From positions 26,333-90,332 of IMG/VR virus record IMGVR_UViG_3300025141_013863: a stretch of 64,000 bases of DNA, one strand, 5' to 3'. The notes under the pieces are model-generated. The model made no database searches. It saw only the letters and a program-made list of their open reading frames with translations, and was not told the DNA's origin. How positions within the stretch are numbered: position 1 is the first letter of the stretch; every line of letters begins with the position of its first letter. This DNA comes from a virus. Made by a program: the position numbers and the translations under genes. Below are positions 1 to 8,197 of this stretch, in pieces.

Positions 1-17
1 CCGTAATTTTTGTTCAA

Positions 18-779
18 GTGTTGGGTGTCCCTCACTATAAAGAAAGAATCCTGCAATTACAGAAGAAGTATGGCTTTGTGCTTTTAGAAGATTCGTGTGC
101 CGCTTTAGGGGCAGAATACTCCGATGGAACTATGATTGGTGCCCTGGGCGATATGTCTAGTTTTTCCTTTTATTTTGGACACCAGCTGTCATCTATTGAG
201 GGAGGCATGGTTAATACCGACAACAAAGAGCTTTATGATTTGATGTTGATGCTGCGCAGCCATGGCTGGGGAAAGGATCTTGATCAAGAGACATACGATG
301 GGCTGATTCAACAGCACGGTGTGGATGATTTTCATAAGCCGTTTACTTTCTTTGTCGCAGGATTTAACCTGCGCTCGACAGATCTACAGGCATTTTTGGG
401 ACTCAGACAGATGAAAAAAGCAGGCTGGGTTGCCCAAAGAAGGTATGAAAACCACAAACGATATGCAGAAAATTTAAAGGGCTATGTAGAATTTCAAAAT
501 TGGCGTGATCATAAACCAGTATCTATTTCATTTGGAGCCCTTGCAGACAGTACGGAACATCGACAAACTATTGTAGAAAGACTTGTTGAGAACAAGATAG
601 AGACAAGAATTTTTAGCGCCGGTAATCTAGGACTGCATCCTTTTTGGACGGAGCAGTATGGCGAATTTGATGACGAAATGAGCAATAAGATACATTCATG
701 TGGGTTCTTTGTACCAAATTACCCAGAACTCACTAACGAAGATATTGATTATATTTGTAGCGTTATAAAAGGTGAGTAA
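18..779 (+). CDS. DegT/DnrJ-family PLP-dependent sugar enzyme, ColD/RfbH-like 3-dehydratase type (probably 5'-truncated by the window edge)
   Basis: EDSCAALGA motif and SFYFGHQLSSIEGG, with His at the position of the Schiff-base Lys, as in NDP-4-keto-6-deoxyhexose 3-dehydratases. Confidence 0.8.
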   Translation: MLGVPHYKERILQLQKKYGFVLLEDSCAALGAEYSDGTMIGALGDMSSFSFYFGHQLSSIEGGMVNTDNKELYDLMLMLRSHGWGKDLDQETYDGLIQQHGVDDFHKPFTFFVAGFNLRSTDLQAFLGLRQMKKAGWVAQRRYENHKRYAENLKGYVEFQNWRDHKPVSISFGALADSTEHRQTIVERLVENKIETRIFSAGNLGLHPFWTEQYGEFDDEMSNKIHSCGFFVPNYPELTNEDIDYICSVIKGE

Positions 780-1516
780 TGAGAATTCTTGTTATTGGAG
801 ATAGTTGCAAAGACGTTTTTATTTATGGAGATTGTAGTAGATTAGCTCCAGCAGCGCCAGTTCCTGTATTTGTCGAAAAGTATAGAAAGACCAATAAAGG
901 CATGGCCGGCAATGTTTATGAAAATGTATTATCTCTAGGGGTAAAGTGCGATATAATTACTAATAAAGCCGAGATTATAAAGACTCGTTATGTTGAAAAA
1001 AAGACCAATCATATGATAGTGCGTGTTGATTCTGATGAAGAAAAGATCGATAGAATCAAAGATATTAACATAGAAGCTCTACAGCAATATGACGCAGTTA
1101 TAATTTCTGATTATAATAAGGGCTTTTTGCTTGAAGAAGATATACAATTTATTGCTGATAATCATGAGCTTGTTTTTTTGGATACAAAAAAACTTTTAGG
1201 CGATTGGGCAAGGAATATAAATTTTATTAAAATTAACGAACAAGAATATGAAAGAACTAGACACCTTTTGGTAGATAAAGAATGGCTTGACGAAAAGTTG
1301 ATTGTTACAATGGGCGCCCGCGGCTGTATATACAATGGTAATATTTATCGAGTTCTTCAAGTTGAAATTAAAGATTTGACAGGAGCCGGCGACTCGTTTT
1401 TGGCAGCCTTAGTTTATAAGTTTGTTAAAGAGGCAGATATAATATCTGCTATAAAATATGCCAATGAATGTGCTACAAGAGTTGTACAACAAAAAGGAGT
1501 TAATACAATTAAATGA
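779..1516 (+). CDS. PfkB-family sugar kinase, HldE/RfaE domain I-like (heptose-7-phosphate kinase-like)
   Basis: ILVIGD start, RLAPAAPVPV, ISDYNKG and the DLTGAGDSF PfkB signature. Confidence 0.8.
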   Translation: MRILVIGDSCKDVFIYGDCSRLAPAAPVPVFVEKYRKTNKGMAGNVYENVLSLGVKCDIITNKAEIIKTRYVEKKTNHMIVRVDSDEEKIDRIKDINIEALQQYDAVIISDYNKGFLLEEDIQFIADNHELVFLDTKKLLGDWARNINFIKINEQEYERTRHLLVDKEWLDEKLIVTMGARGCIYNGNIYRVLQVEIKDLTGAGDSFLAALVYKFVKEADIISAIKYANECATRVVQQKGVNTIK

Positions 1517-1800
1517 CATTTAAAGAATACTATCAATATTATTTGACTTTACATCAGAATCCTACAAATAGATATTTACACGTACTAGGCCAAATGGTGA
1601 CCATTAGTTATGTTGTATCAATGATCGCAGCCGGCTGGTGGTGGGCACTATTAGCAGCACCATTTGTGGTATATCCGTTTGCGTGGACCGGACACTTTTT
1701 CTTTGAGAAGAATACACCGGCCGCCTTTTCGCGCCCTATTTGGGCGAAAGCGTGCGATTGGGTTATGCTTAAAGATATTTTGACTGGAAAACTTAAGTGA
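1513..1800 (+). CDS. DUF962/Mpo1-like small membrane protein
   Basis: YYLTLHQNPTNRYLHVLG and AWTGHFFFEKNTPA His motifs with hydrophobic segments. Confidence 0.7.
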   Translation: MTFKEYYQYYLTLHQNPTNRYLHVLGQMVTISYVVSMIAAGWWWALLAAPFVVYPFAWTGHFFFEKNTPAAFSRPIWAKACDWVMLKDILTGKLK

Positions 1801-2189
1801 AACTAGTTTGGGTAAATGGGTGTTTTGATGTTTTACATCGTGGGCATCTTGAAATGTTGAAGTATGCTAAGTCTCTCGGTGATTATTTAATGGTAGGCAT
1901 TGATTCTGATCAAAAAGTAAAGAAAGATAAAGGTAGTAATCGTCCGTTTAATAATGCTGAAGATCGTAAGTTTGCTTTAGAATCAATAAGATATGTTGAC
2001 AAGGTGCTGGTTTTTAATTCTCGTGCAGGATTAGAACACTTAATAAAACTATTAGAACCAGATTATATGGTTATTGGTTCGGACTGGAAAGGAAAAGAAG
2101 TTGTAGGTGAGTCATATTGCACAGAATTAAAATTTTTTGATAGAATAAGTACATACTCAACAACAAAGATCCTGGAAAATAATAAATGA
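1797..2189 (+). CDS. Cytidylyltransferase-family nucleotidyltransferase, HldE/RfaE domain II-like
   Basis: NGCFDVLHRGH (HxGH) motif, KGxxRP, C-terminal YSTTKI. Confidence 0.85.
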   Translation: MKLVWVNGCFDVLHRGHLEMLKYAKSLGDYLMVGIDSDQKVKKDKGSNRPFNNAEDRKFALESIRYVDKVLVFNSRAGLEHLIKLLEPDYMVIGSDWKGKEVVGESYCTELKFFDRISTYSTTKILENNK

Positions 2190-2524
2190 CGTTTGTATTT
2201 GACATCGACGGAACAATCTGCACTACTACAGACGGTGATTATGATTATGCAGAGCCAATACGGGAACGTATAGAGCTTATAAATAATTTATATGATGAAG
2301 GCCACACAATAGTTTTTCAAACAGCCAGAGGTATGGGCAGAACAAACAACAACCAACTGGCGGCATATGTAATGTTTTATAATTATACTGCGGAACAGCT
2401 AGAAAGTTGGGAAGTTAAATATCATGCCTTATATTTAGGCAAGCCATCTGGAGATATCTATGTTGACGATAAAGCGATGCGAGATGTTGATTTTTTTGAA
2501 CAAATGGAGAAATCTTTACAATGA
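2186..2524 (+). CDS. HAD-superfamily phosphatase
   Basis: FDIDGT motif I, TARG motif II, GKP and YVDDK. Confidence 0.8.
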   Translation: MTFVFDIDGTICTTTDGDYDYAEPIRERIELINNLYDEGHTIVFQTARGMGRTNNNQLAAYVMFYNYTAEQLESWEVKYHALYLGKPSGDIYVDDKAMRDVDFFEQMEKSLQ

Positions 2525-2886
2525 GCAAAAAGAAGCCACTATCAATGAAGCACGTCCCTAAAGGCTGGGGCTGGGAACGATGGATTGTAAATTGTCCAGA
2601 ATATTGCGGCAAGCTTTTGTTTTTTAATAAAGGGAAGCGATGTTCGTGGCATTATCACAAGATTAAAGATGAAGTATTTTACCTACAGTCTGGTAAAATG
2701 ATGGTTTACTATTCTATGAACGATGATATAAGAGAAGCAAGTCAAATAATACTTAATCCTGGTGAAAAATTTCATGTAGCAACTGGCTTGCGACATCAAA
2801 TGGTTGCACTGGAAGATAGCGAATTATTTGAATTTTCTACAGAACACTTCGACAGTGATAGCCACAGGATCATTAAAGGAGATTAA
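2521..2886 (+). CDS. Cupin-fold sugar isomerase-like protein
   Basis: KGWGWE, SWHYHKIKDEVFY and HQM cupin metal-binding motifs. Confidence 0.7.
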   Translation: MSKKKPLSMKHVPKGWGWERWIVNCPEYCGKLLFFNKGKRCSWHYHKIKDEVFYLQSGKMMVYYSMNDDIREASQIILNPGEKFHVATGLRHQMVALEDSELFEFSTEHFDSDSHRIIKGD

Positions 2887-3846
2887 ATGAAATTAGTTGT
2901 TATAACTGGATGTTTAGGACTAATTGGTATGCATGTTACAAGGCACTGTCTTGAAAAAGGATGGAAAGTGCTGGGCATTGATAAGATTACGTATGCATCT
3001 AATCCTAAAGTTTTAGGCCAGTTTTCATATTATGAAAATTTTGATTTTAGAAAAGAAGACATATGTGAGCTGAAACAAATGCCAGATTGTGATTACGTGA
3101 TCAACATAGCGGCCGAATCTCATGTTGGAAACAGTATTGTTGATAGTGAAAGCTTTATTCAATCTAATATCTTTGGCGTTAAACATCTTTTAGACTTAAT
3201 TAAAAATAAGCAAGACAATGTTAGTGATCGTCCTGTGTTTTTTCATTTTAGTACAGATGAAGTATACGGTGATATTACCAAAGGGGAGCACACCGAATTT
3301 GATATTCTTAAGCCAAGCAATCCATATTCTGCATCAAAAGCTGCAGCAGATATGTTAGTTCTTGCGTGGGCAAGAACTTATGGAATTAAATATTTAATCT
3401 TGCGCCCCACAAACAATTATGGGATAGGACAGTATCCTGAAAAACTAATACCGCTAGCTGTCAAAAATCTTATGAGAAATAAAAAAATTAAACTTCACGA
3501 CAAAGGAGAACCAATTAGAAACTGGCTACATGCTGAAGACACAGCTTCTGCGGTCACTACTTTAATTGAATCGGGAGTTGTAAACGAAATTTACAATGTA
3601 GCTGGCGGGTTTGAACAAAAGAATATAGAAACTATTATTAAAATTTTAGAATCTTATTTTGATGAAATAAGAGAAGAGGGTGATTGGAGTGAATATCTTG
3701 ATCTTTCATATGATAGAGAAGGCCAGGATGTTCGTTATGCTCTTAATGACCAGAAACTTCGTGCGCTTGGTTGGCGCCCCGAAAAACAATTTGATCGAGA
3801 GATTAAAAATATAGTTAATTTTTATAAAGATAATTTTAAATGGTAA
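2887..3846 (+). CDS. rmlB: dTDP-glucose 4,6-dehydratase-like NAD-dependent epimerase/dehydratase
   Basis: TGCLGLIG Rossmann motif, AAESHV, STDEVYG, YSASKA, NNYG..QYPEKLIP. Confidence 0.85.
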   Translation: MKLVVITGCLGLIGMHVTRHCLEKGWKVLGIDKITYASNPKVLGQFSYYENFDFRKEDICELKQMPDCDYVINIAAESHVGNSIVDSESFIQSNIFGVKHLLDLIKNKQDNVSDRPVFFHFSTDEVYGDITKGEHTEFDILKPSNPYSASKAAADMLVLAWARTYGIKYLILRPTNNYGIGQYPEKLIPLAVKNLMRNKKIKLHDKGEPIRNWLHAEDTASAVTTLIESGVVNEIYNVAGGFEQKNIETIIKILESYFDEIREEGDWSEYLDLSYDREGQDVRYALNDQKLRALGWRPEKQFDREIKNIVNFYKDNFKW

Positions 3847-3855
3847 GGAGAAAAA

Positions 3856-4071
3856 ATGCAATTATCAAATCAAGCACTAGGTGCCATCATGATGGCGCTA
3901 CAAGAGTCGCTTTTAAATCAATTGGATATTGTTCCAATTCTTAAGGGCTTTGAGCTTACTGAGTCAGAGTCTGGCCTTGTAGTTACAAACCCACCAACAG
4001 TAAGGTTTACTGACAACAGTGAAATTACCGAGCAAGACTTGGTTAGTTTGGCGGCCCCCAAGGATGCCTAG
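3856..4071 (+). CDS. Small hypothetical protein
   Basis: 71-aa ORF preceded by an AAGGAG ribosome-binding site. Confidence 0.6.
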   Translation: MQLSNQALGAIMMALQESLLNQLDIVPILKGFELTESESGLVVTNPPTVRFTDNSEITEQDLVSLAAPKDA

Positions 4072-4330
4072 ATATAGGTATATGTGCGAAGAGTGCACGC
4101 TGACCTTTACAGTATTACACGGAATCAACGAAGTGTTGGTAAAATGTCAAGAATGTGGCGCTTCGCAAAGTATGCGAAAGCTTTTGTCAACGCCTATATT
4201 GATAAAAGATGATATCGTAATTAAAGAAAACAAAATAGGCGAACTAACGAAAGAATATATTGAAGCAAATCGTAAGATTTTAGAAAAGCAAAAAAAAGAA
4301 GCAAAAAGTAAAGATTATGAGCCGACTTGA
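4064..4330 (+). CDS. FmdB-like zinc-ribbon protein
   Basis: MPRYRYMCEEC...CQECG pattern; ATG 4064 preferred over the upstream GTG. Confidence 0.7.
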   Translation: MPRYRYMCEECTLTFTVLHGINEVLVKCQECGASQSMRKLLSTPILIKDDIVIKENKIGELTKEYIEANRKILEKQKKEAKSKDYEPT

Positions 4331-4655
4331 AATAATTTTATCTGCCATATCGACATTATCCTTGATTATTAATGTTGGCTTGTTCGTGTACGCGCGTTAT
4401 GCTATCGTACAGCTAATATCAGTTTCAGAAGAATTAGGAGATTTACAACAAATGGTAGATTCATTTACAGAACACTTAAAGTCGATCTCTGAGCTTGAGA
4501 TGTTTTATGGCGATGAAACAGTTAAAGGATTGTTAGAACACTCTCTTTCTTTTGGTGAACAGTTGACTACGTTTGAATATATCTATTCATTAACAGAAGA
4601 AGGAACTACTCTAATAGATGACGACACAGAAGAAGCAGACCCGCAAGAAACGTAA
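4317..4655 (+). CDS. Hypothetical protein with N-terminal transmembrane helix
   Basis: Hydrophobic residues ~5-27 followed by an acidic helical region. Confidence 0.55.
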   Translation: MSRLEIILSAISTLSLIINVGLFVYARYAIVQLISVSEELGDLQQMVDSFTEHLKSISELEMFYGDETVKGLLEHSLSFGEQLTTFEYIYSLTEEGTTLIDDDTEEADPQET

Positions 4656-5319
4656 AAATCATTATTTTACAAAAGACCATGAGAACGCTATAATTCAATA
4701 TAGCAACACCGATTGCATTAGAGAAAGAACAGAACTATATGTAAAATGGATCCAGCCAGCATTTAATGAAATGGTTGATAAGATTGTATTTACTTATAAA
4801 TTTACAAATTTACCAAATTGTGATGTTTTACGAGATGAATGTAAGATTTGGTTGATGACAATTCTTGATAAATATGATCCATCAAAAGGCTCCAAGGCCT
4901 TTTCTTATTTTTCAGTTATAACAAAAAACTGGTTTATTCATAAAGTCAAAAGGCAGCAAAAAAGAAATAAACGAGAAGTTGATTATGATAATATTTCTAA
5001 AAGATTCGAGGAAGAGTTTTTATCAACAAGTGAATCATACCTTTCTAACAGAGAAGAGAACGAATTTTGGAATTCTTTTTATGGGGAGCTAAAATCTTGG
5101 GATGCTTCAACGATGAAAGAAAATGATTTAAAAGTGTATAAGGCAATTAATATTCTTTTTGAATCAAAAGATGACATCGATATTTTTAATAAAAAAGCTA
5201 TTTACTTATACCTTCGCGAAATTACTGGCTTGAACACAAAACAGATTGTTAATTCATTAAAGAAATTTCGTAGAAAATATTATATTTTTAAACAAGATTG
5301 GGAAAATGGAGAGCTATGA
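4618..5319 (+). CDS. Sigma-factor-like protein, T4 gp55-type late transcription factor
   Basis: NHYFT N-terminus and region-2-like ILDKYDPSKGSKAFSYFSVITKNWF, resembling gp55 FDP.K..NPFAYFT. Confidence 0.65.
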   Translation: MTTQKKQTRKKRKNHYFTKDHENAIIQYSNTDCIRERTELYVKWIQPAFNEMVDKIVFTYKFTNLPNCDVLRDECKIWLMTILDKYDPSKGSKAFSYFSVITKNWFIHKVKRQQKRNKREVDYDNISKRFEEEFLSTSESYLSNREENEFWNSFYGELKSWDASTMKENDLKVYKAINILFESKDDIDIFNKKAIYLYLREITGLNTKQIVNSLKKFRRKYYIFKQDWENGEL

Positions 5320-5606
5320 ACAATAATGATTTAGAATCTCTGATTGACGAGGCGCTAGATAATATTCGTAACGACAGAAAAGCAGCTAGAGAGTTTCTTA
5401 ATGAGGTTGCAAATCAAATTGCAAATGATGCAGAACAAAATAAATATCTTAGCCCCGTAGCGGCCAAACACATTGAAACCCTTCAGAGATCTAATGAACA
5501 ATTAGTAAAGCTTATCGGCCTTCGACAAAAGGGCCGACCCCATTCGGTCTCTCTTTCTGACGAAGACAAGGATAGTATATTTGATATGATCCAGGGAGAG
5601 AACTAA
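5316..5606 (+). CDS. Hypothetical helical protein
   Basis: ORF overlapping the stop of the sigma-like gene (ATGA), preceded by GGAG. Confidence 0.55.
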   Translation: MNNNDLESLIDEALDNIRNDRKAAREFLNEVANQIANDAEQNKYLSPVAAKHIETLQRSNEQLVKLIGLRQKGRPHSVSLSDEDKDSIFDMIQGEN

Positions 5607-6832
5607 TGTCTAAAGATTTTGTAGATCCGACCTTGTTATCTGATCCAATAGGCGCCCTGGATATGTATGGTAATTCTCTTAGACAAGCTATACGTTTTGA
5701 TGTCTATGAAGGTAAAACTGTTTTTGAGGCAATCGTTTTGTCAAAGCCAATTTTCCTTGCTGACGCCCAATTGGGCTCGGAAGCCTCCACTTTTAGCCAA
5801 GCATCTGTAGCTGAAGGAAGATTACAAAAATTTTCTTTCAAAGGAAGAATAGTTGATTCCCCTTCGCCTCACGATTTTTTGCCAGATCCATGTGATTTAA
5901 ACGATGCTAGCGATGATAAAATTAAAAAGAAGGTCATAAGGAGAACAAACCTTCATACAACATTTATATCTTCTGATGATTATACGAGAACAAACTCAAC
6001 TTTGCCTAATATTGGCGATAAGGTTCGCGTAGAGCTAACTAAAAATGTACACTCTTATAATTTACAATATGGCAAATTCCTTGGGATTGTAAGTAACTTG
6101 GTGGGCCCCGATGTTCCCAAAACCGAGCAATGTATATCAGCCAGAGTTGCTTTCGGCACTGGCACTGCCGCCGGCGTTGCCACCGCTACCGGCGGCAATA
6201 TGCCCGAGACTGGTTGGAAAATTACTGGAGATGCTCCTTGCACCGGTGAAACTGTAGTTTCTCCATTACCCCCCGGCGGTCGAAATAACGGCAGTTTTGC
6301 GTCTAGCCGGAAAGGATCCATTCATGGTGCTGCAGACTTTTCCGGCAAGATAGGTACCCCAATATTCGCCATAGCTGACGGGACGATCTCGGTGGCCTAC
6401 GCCGGCGAACGAGGCGCACCATGTCCCGATGCCGGCAAGCCCACGTGCGGGCCCAATAAATGCGGAAACATGGTCTGGCCATGCCATTGCGGCGGTTGTA
6501 TGGGAAATTATATAATGATTACACACACTGGGACAGATGAGGGACGAAAAATTGTTTCTTATTATGCACATTTAAGCAGCTATACTGTCGCCAAAGGAGC
6601 CACGGTGACAGCCGGGCAACAAATTGGCACTATGGGAACTACAGGCAATAGTAGCGGCCCGCATCTTCATTTAGAGGTCCGCATCAAGGGTTCCCCAATC
6701 GGTCATGGCTCGAAAGGAAAAGTTGATCCTATAGCCTATATGAGCAAGAATGCAGGGGGCAAGTGTGGCGCCGCCGCGCCAGCCGCTGCACCGGCGCCGG
6801 CGGCCGGCGCCGCCGCATCCACTGGCACGTAA
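5606..6832 (+). CDS. Putative baseplate hub/tail-tip protein with C-terminal M23 metallopeptidase (virion-associated peptidoglycan hydrolase)
   Basis: HGAAD (HxxxD), YAHL and GPHLHLE (HxH) M23 motifs; PNIGDKVRV OB-fold-like motif; lies at the head of the baseplate module. Confidence 0.75.
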   Translation: MSKDFVDPTLLSDPIGALDMYGNSLRQAIRFDVYEGKTVFEAIVLSKPIFLADAQLGSEASTFSQASVAEGRLQKFSFKGRIVDSPSPHDFLPDPCDLNDASDDKIKKKVIRRTNLHTTFISSDDYTRTNSTLPNIGDKVRVELTKNVHSYNLQYGKFLGIVSNLVGPDVPKTEQCISARVAFGTGTAAGVATATGGNMPETGWKITGDAPCTGETVVSPLPPGGRNNGSFASSRKGSIHGAADFSGKIGTPIFAIADGTISVAYAGERGAPCPDAGKPTCGPNKCGNMVWPCHCGGCMGNYIMITHTGTDEGRKIVSYYAHLSSYTVAKGATVTAGQQIGTMGTTGNSSGPHLHLEVRIKGSPIGHGSKGKVDPIAYMSKNAGGKCGAAAPAAAPAPAAGAAASTGT

Positions 6833-6842
6833 AGGAAATATA

Positions 6843-7097
6843 ATGGGAAAAGATTTTTTAGATCCAGGTCTGTTTTCGGATGCAATATCTGCAATAGATC
6901 TGCACAACAACATGGTTAGACAGCGCTTACGCGGTTTTGATGCTTTTGGAGGGAGAACCGTTTTTGAGGCAATCGTTTTATCAAAACCTATTTTCCTTGC
7001 TGATGCACAGACAGGCGCCGAATCCTCCACCTTTAGCCAAGCATCTGTAGAAGAAGGAAGGCTGGCTTGCAAAAGAGCCATGGCATTGGAGCTATAG
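6843..7097 (+). pseudogene. Truncated paralog of the N-terminus of 5606..6832
   Basis: Shares TVFEAIVLSKPIFLADAQ and STFSQASVxEGRL; DNA 6960-7060 closely matches 5720-5820; stops after 84 aa. Confidence 0.6.
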
Positions 7098-7103
7098 CGG
7101 CGG

Positions 7104-8186
7104 ATGAGTAAAAAAATATTTAATGATGACTTTTTCGGAAAATTTCGAAGATCCGAAGATCCCAAGATGCCCGGTGCGGATCCGGAAAAGGATGAAGATG
7201 AGGTTCCTGTAGGTGCGGAGGATCCTCCCTCCCGACCTAGGTTTTCAACTTTACATAAACAAATTCAAGATGGAAAACGCTTCTTTCAAATTCCGGATCG
7301 CGCAGGGCCCATGCAGACCGATTCCGCGGAGCCGAAAATTTCCTTTCGGCCGGCCCCTAGCCAGAGAGTTATAAGCAAAAGAAGCTCATACATAGTCTTT
7401 GGTAAAGACAGGCCTTGCCAACTGCCTTCTGGATATGGCGGAAAGGGCGCCCTAGGTGCTGATGCAATTGATATTGTTGTTGGAAGAATGTCATCCTTGC
7501 CAAAAGTTAATACGAGAAAGCGGCCGAGAATTGTCAATAGTCATTTTGGAGCAGATGCCGCTAGAATATATATTAGTCAATTAACAGATATTGATACAAA
7601 CTTTGCCATTGCCGATGGGGTCATCGGCAACATTAAGGCCCGTTCCGGTATTGGTATAAAAGCAGACGTAGTAAGAATTGTTGGCAGAGAAGGAATCAAA
7701 ATTGTCACCGGTAAAGGGGAATTCCCCGGATTTGGATCATCTGGTGAGCCAAACTCTCTTGGAGGAAAAATAATACAGCCTTCCCCCACAATTGAGCTAA
7801 TAGCAGGAAATTACGACGGCCCTAGAACGGTGTTTGGAGGAATGTTTCTGCCACGAGAATCCATAAATAGCCTACAACCAGTTGTAGCCGGCGATAATTT
7901 AAATTCTGCGTTGAAAGATTTAAATGGAATTATTGAAAAAATAATGTCCGCTATATTTAATTTAGCAGTCATTCAGTCTGCTTTTAACGCTGCAATTGGA
8001 GTAAACCTTTGGCCGGCGAATAGTCCTCATTATGGTGCCGCCGGCGGTGCGTCTGCAACACAAATAATAGATATGGTAATTAATAATATATGGCAAACAA
8101 GAATAAATGCTAATTTATGGGAGAACAATTATTGTACTCCCTACGGATACAAATATATCTGCAGTAGAAATGTCTTTGCCACATAA
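7104..8186 (+). CDS. Putative baseplate spike / gp5 C-terminal-like protein
   Basis: Short beta-strand runs (IGIKADVVRIVGREGIKIVT), C-terminal helical region, baseplate context. Confidence 0.4.
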   Translation: MSKKIFNDDFFGKFRRSEDPKMPGADPEKDEDEVPVGAEDPPSRPRFSTLHKQIQDGKRFFQIPDRAGPMQTDSAEPKISFRPAPSQRVISKRSSYIVFGKDRPCQLPSGYGGKGALGADAIDIVVGRMSSLPKVNTRKRPRIVNSHFGADAARIYISQLTDIDTNFAIADGVIGNIKARSGIGIKADVVRIVGREGIKIVTGKGEFPGFGSSGEPNSLGGKIIQPSPTIELIAGNYDGPRTVFGGMFLPRESINSLQPVVAGDNLNSALKDLNGIIEKIMSAIFNLAVIQSAFNAAIGVNLWPANSPHYGAAGGASATQIIDMVINNIWQTRINANLWENNYCTPYGYKYICSRNVFAT

Positions 8187-8197
8187 GGAATTAAAAA

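Noticed and set aside
6765-6820. GC-rich quasi-palindromic stretch as a terminator
   Set aside because: It encodes the Ala/Pro tail of the M23 protein and has no following U-tract.
5720-7060. Near-duplicate segments as a diversity-generating retroelement template/variable pair
   Set aside because: Differences are not confined to adenines, the repeat is N-terminal, and no reverse transcriptase was seen.
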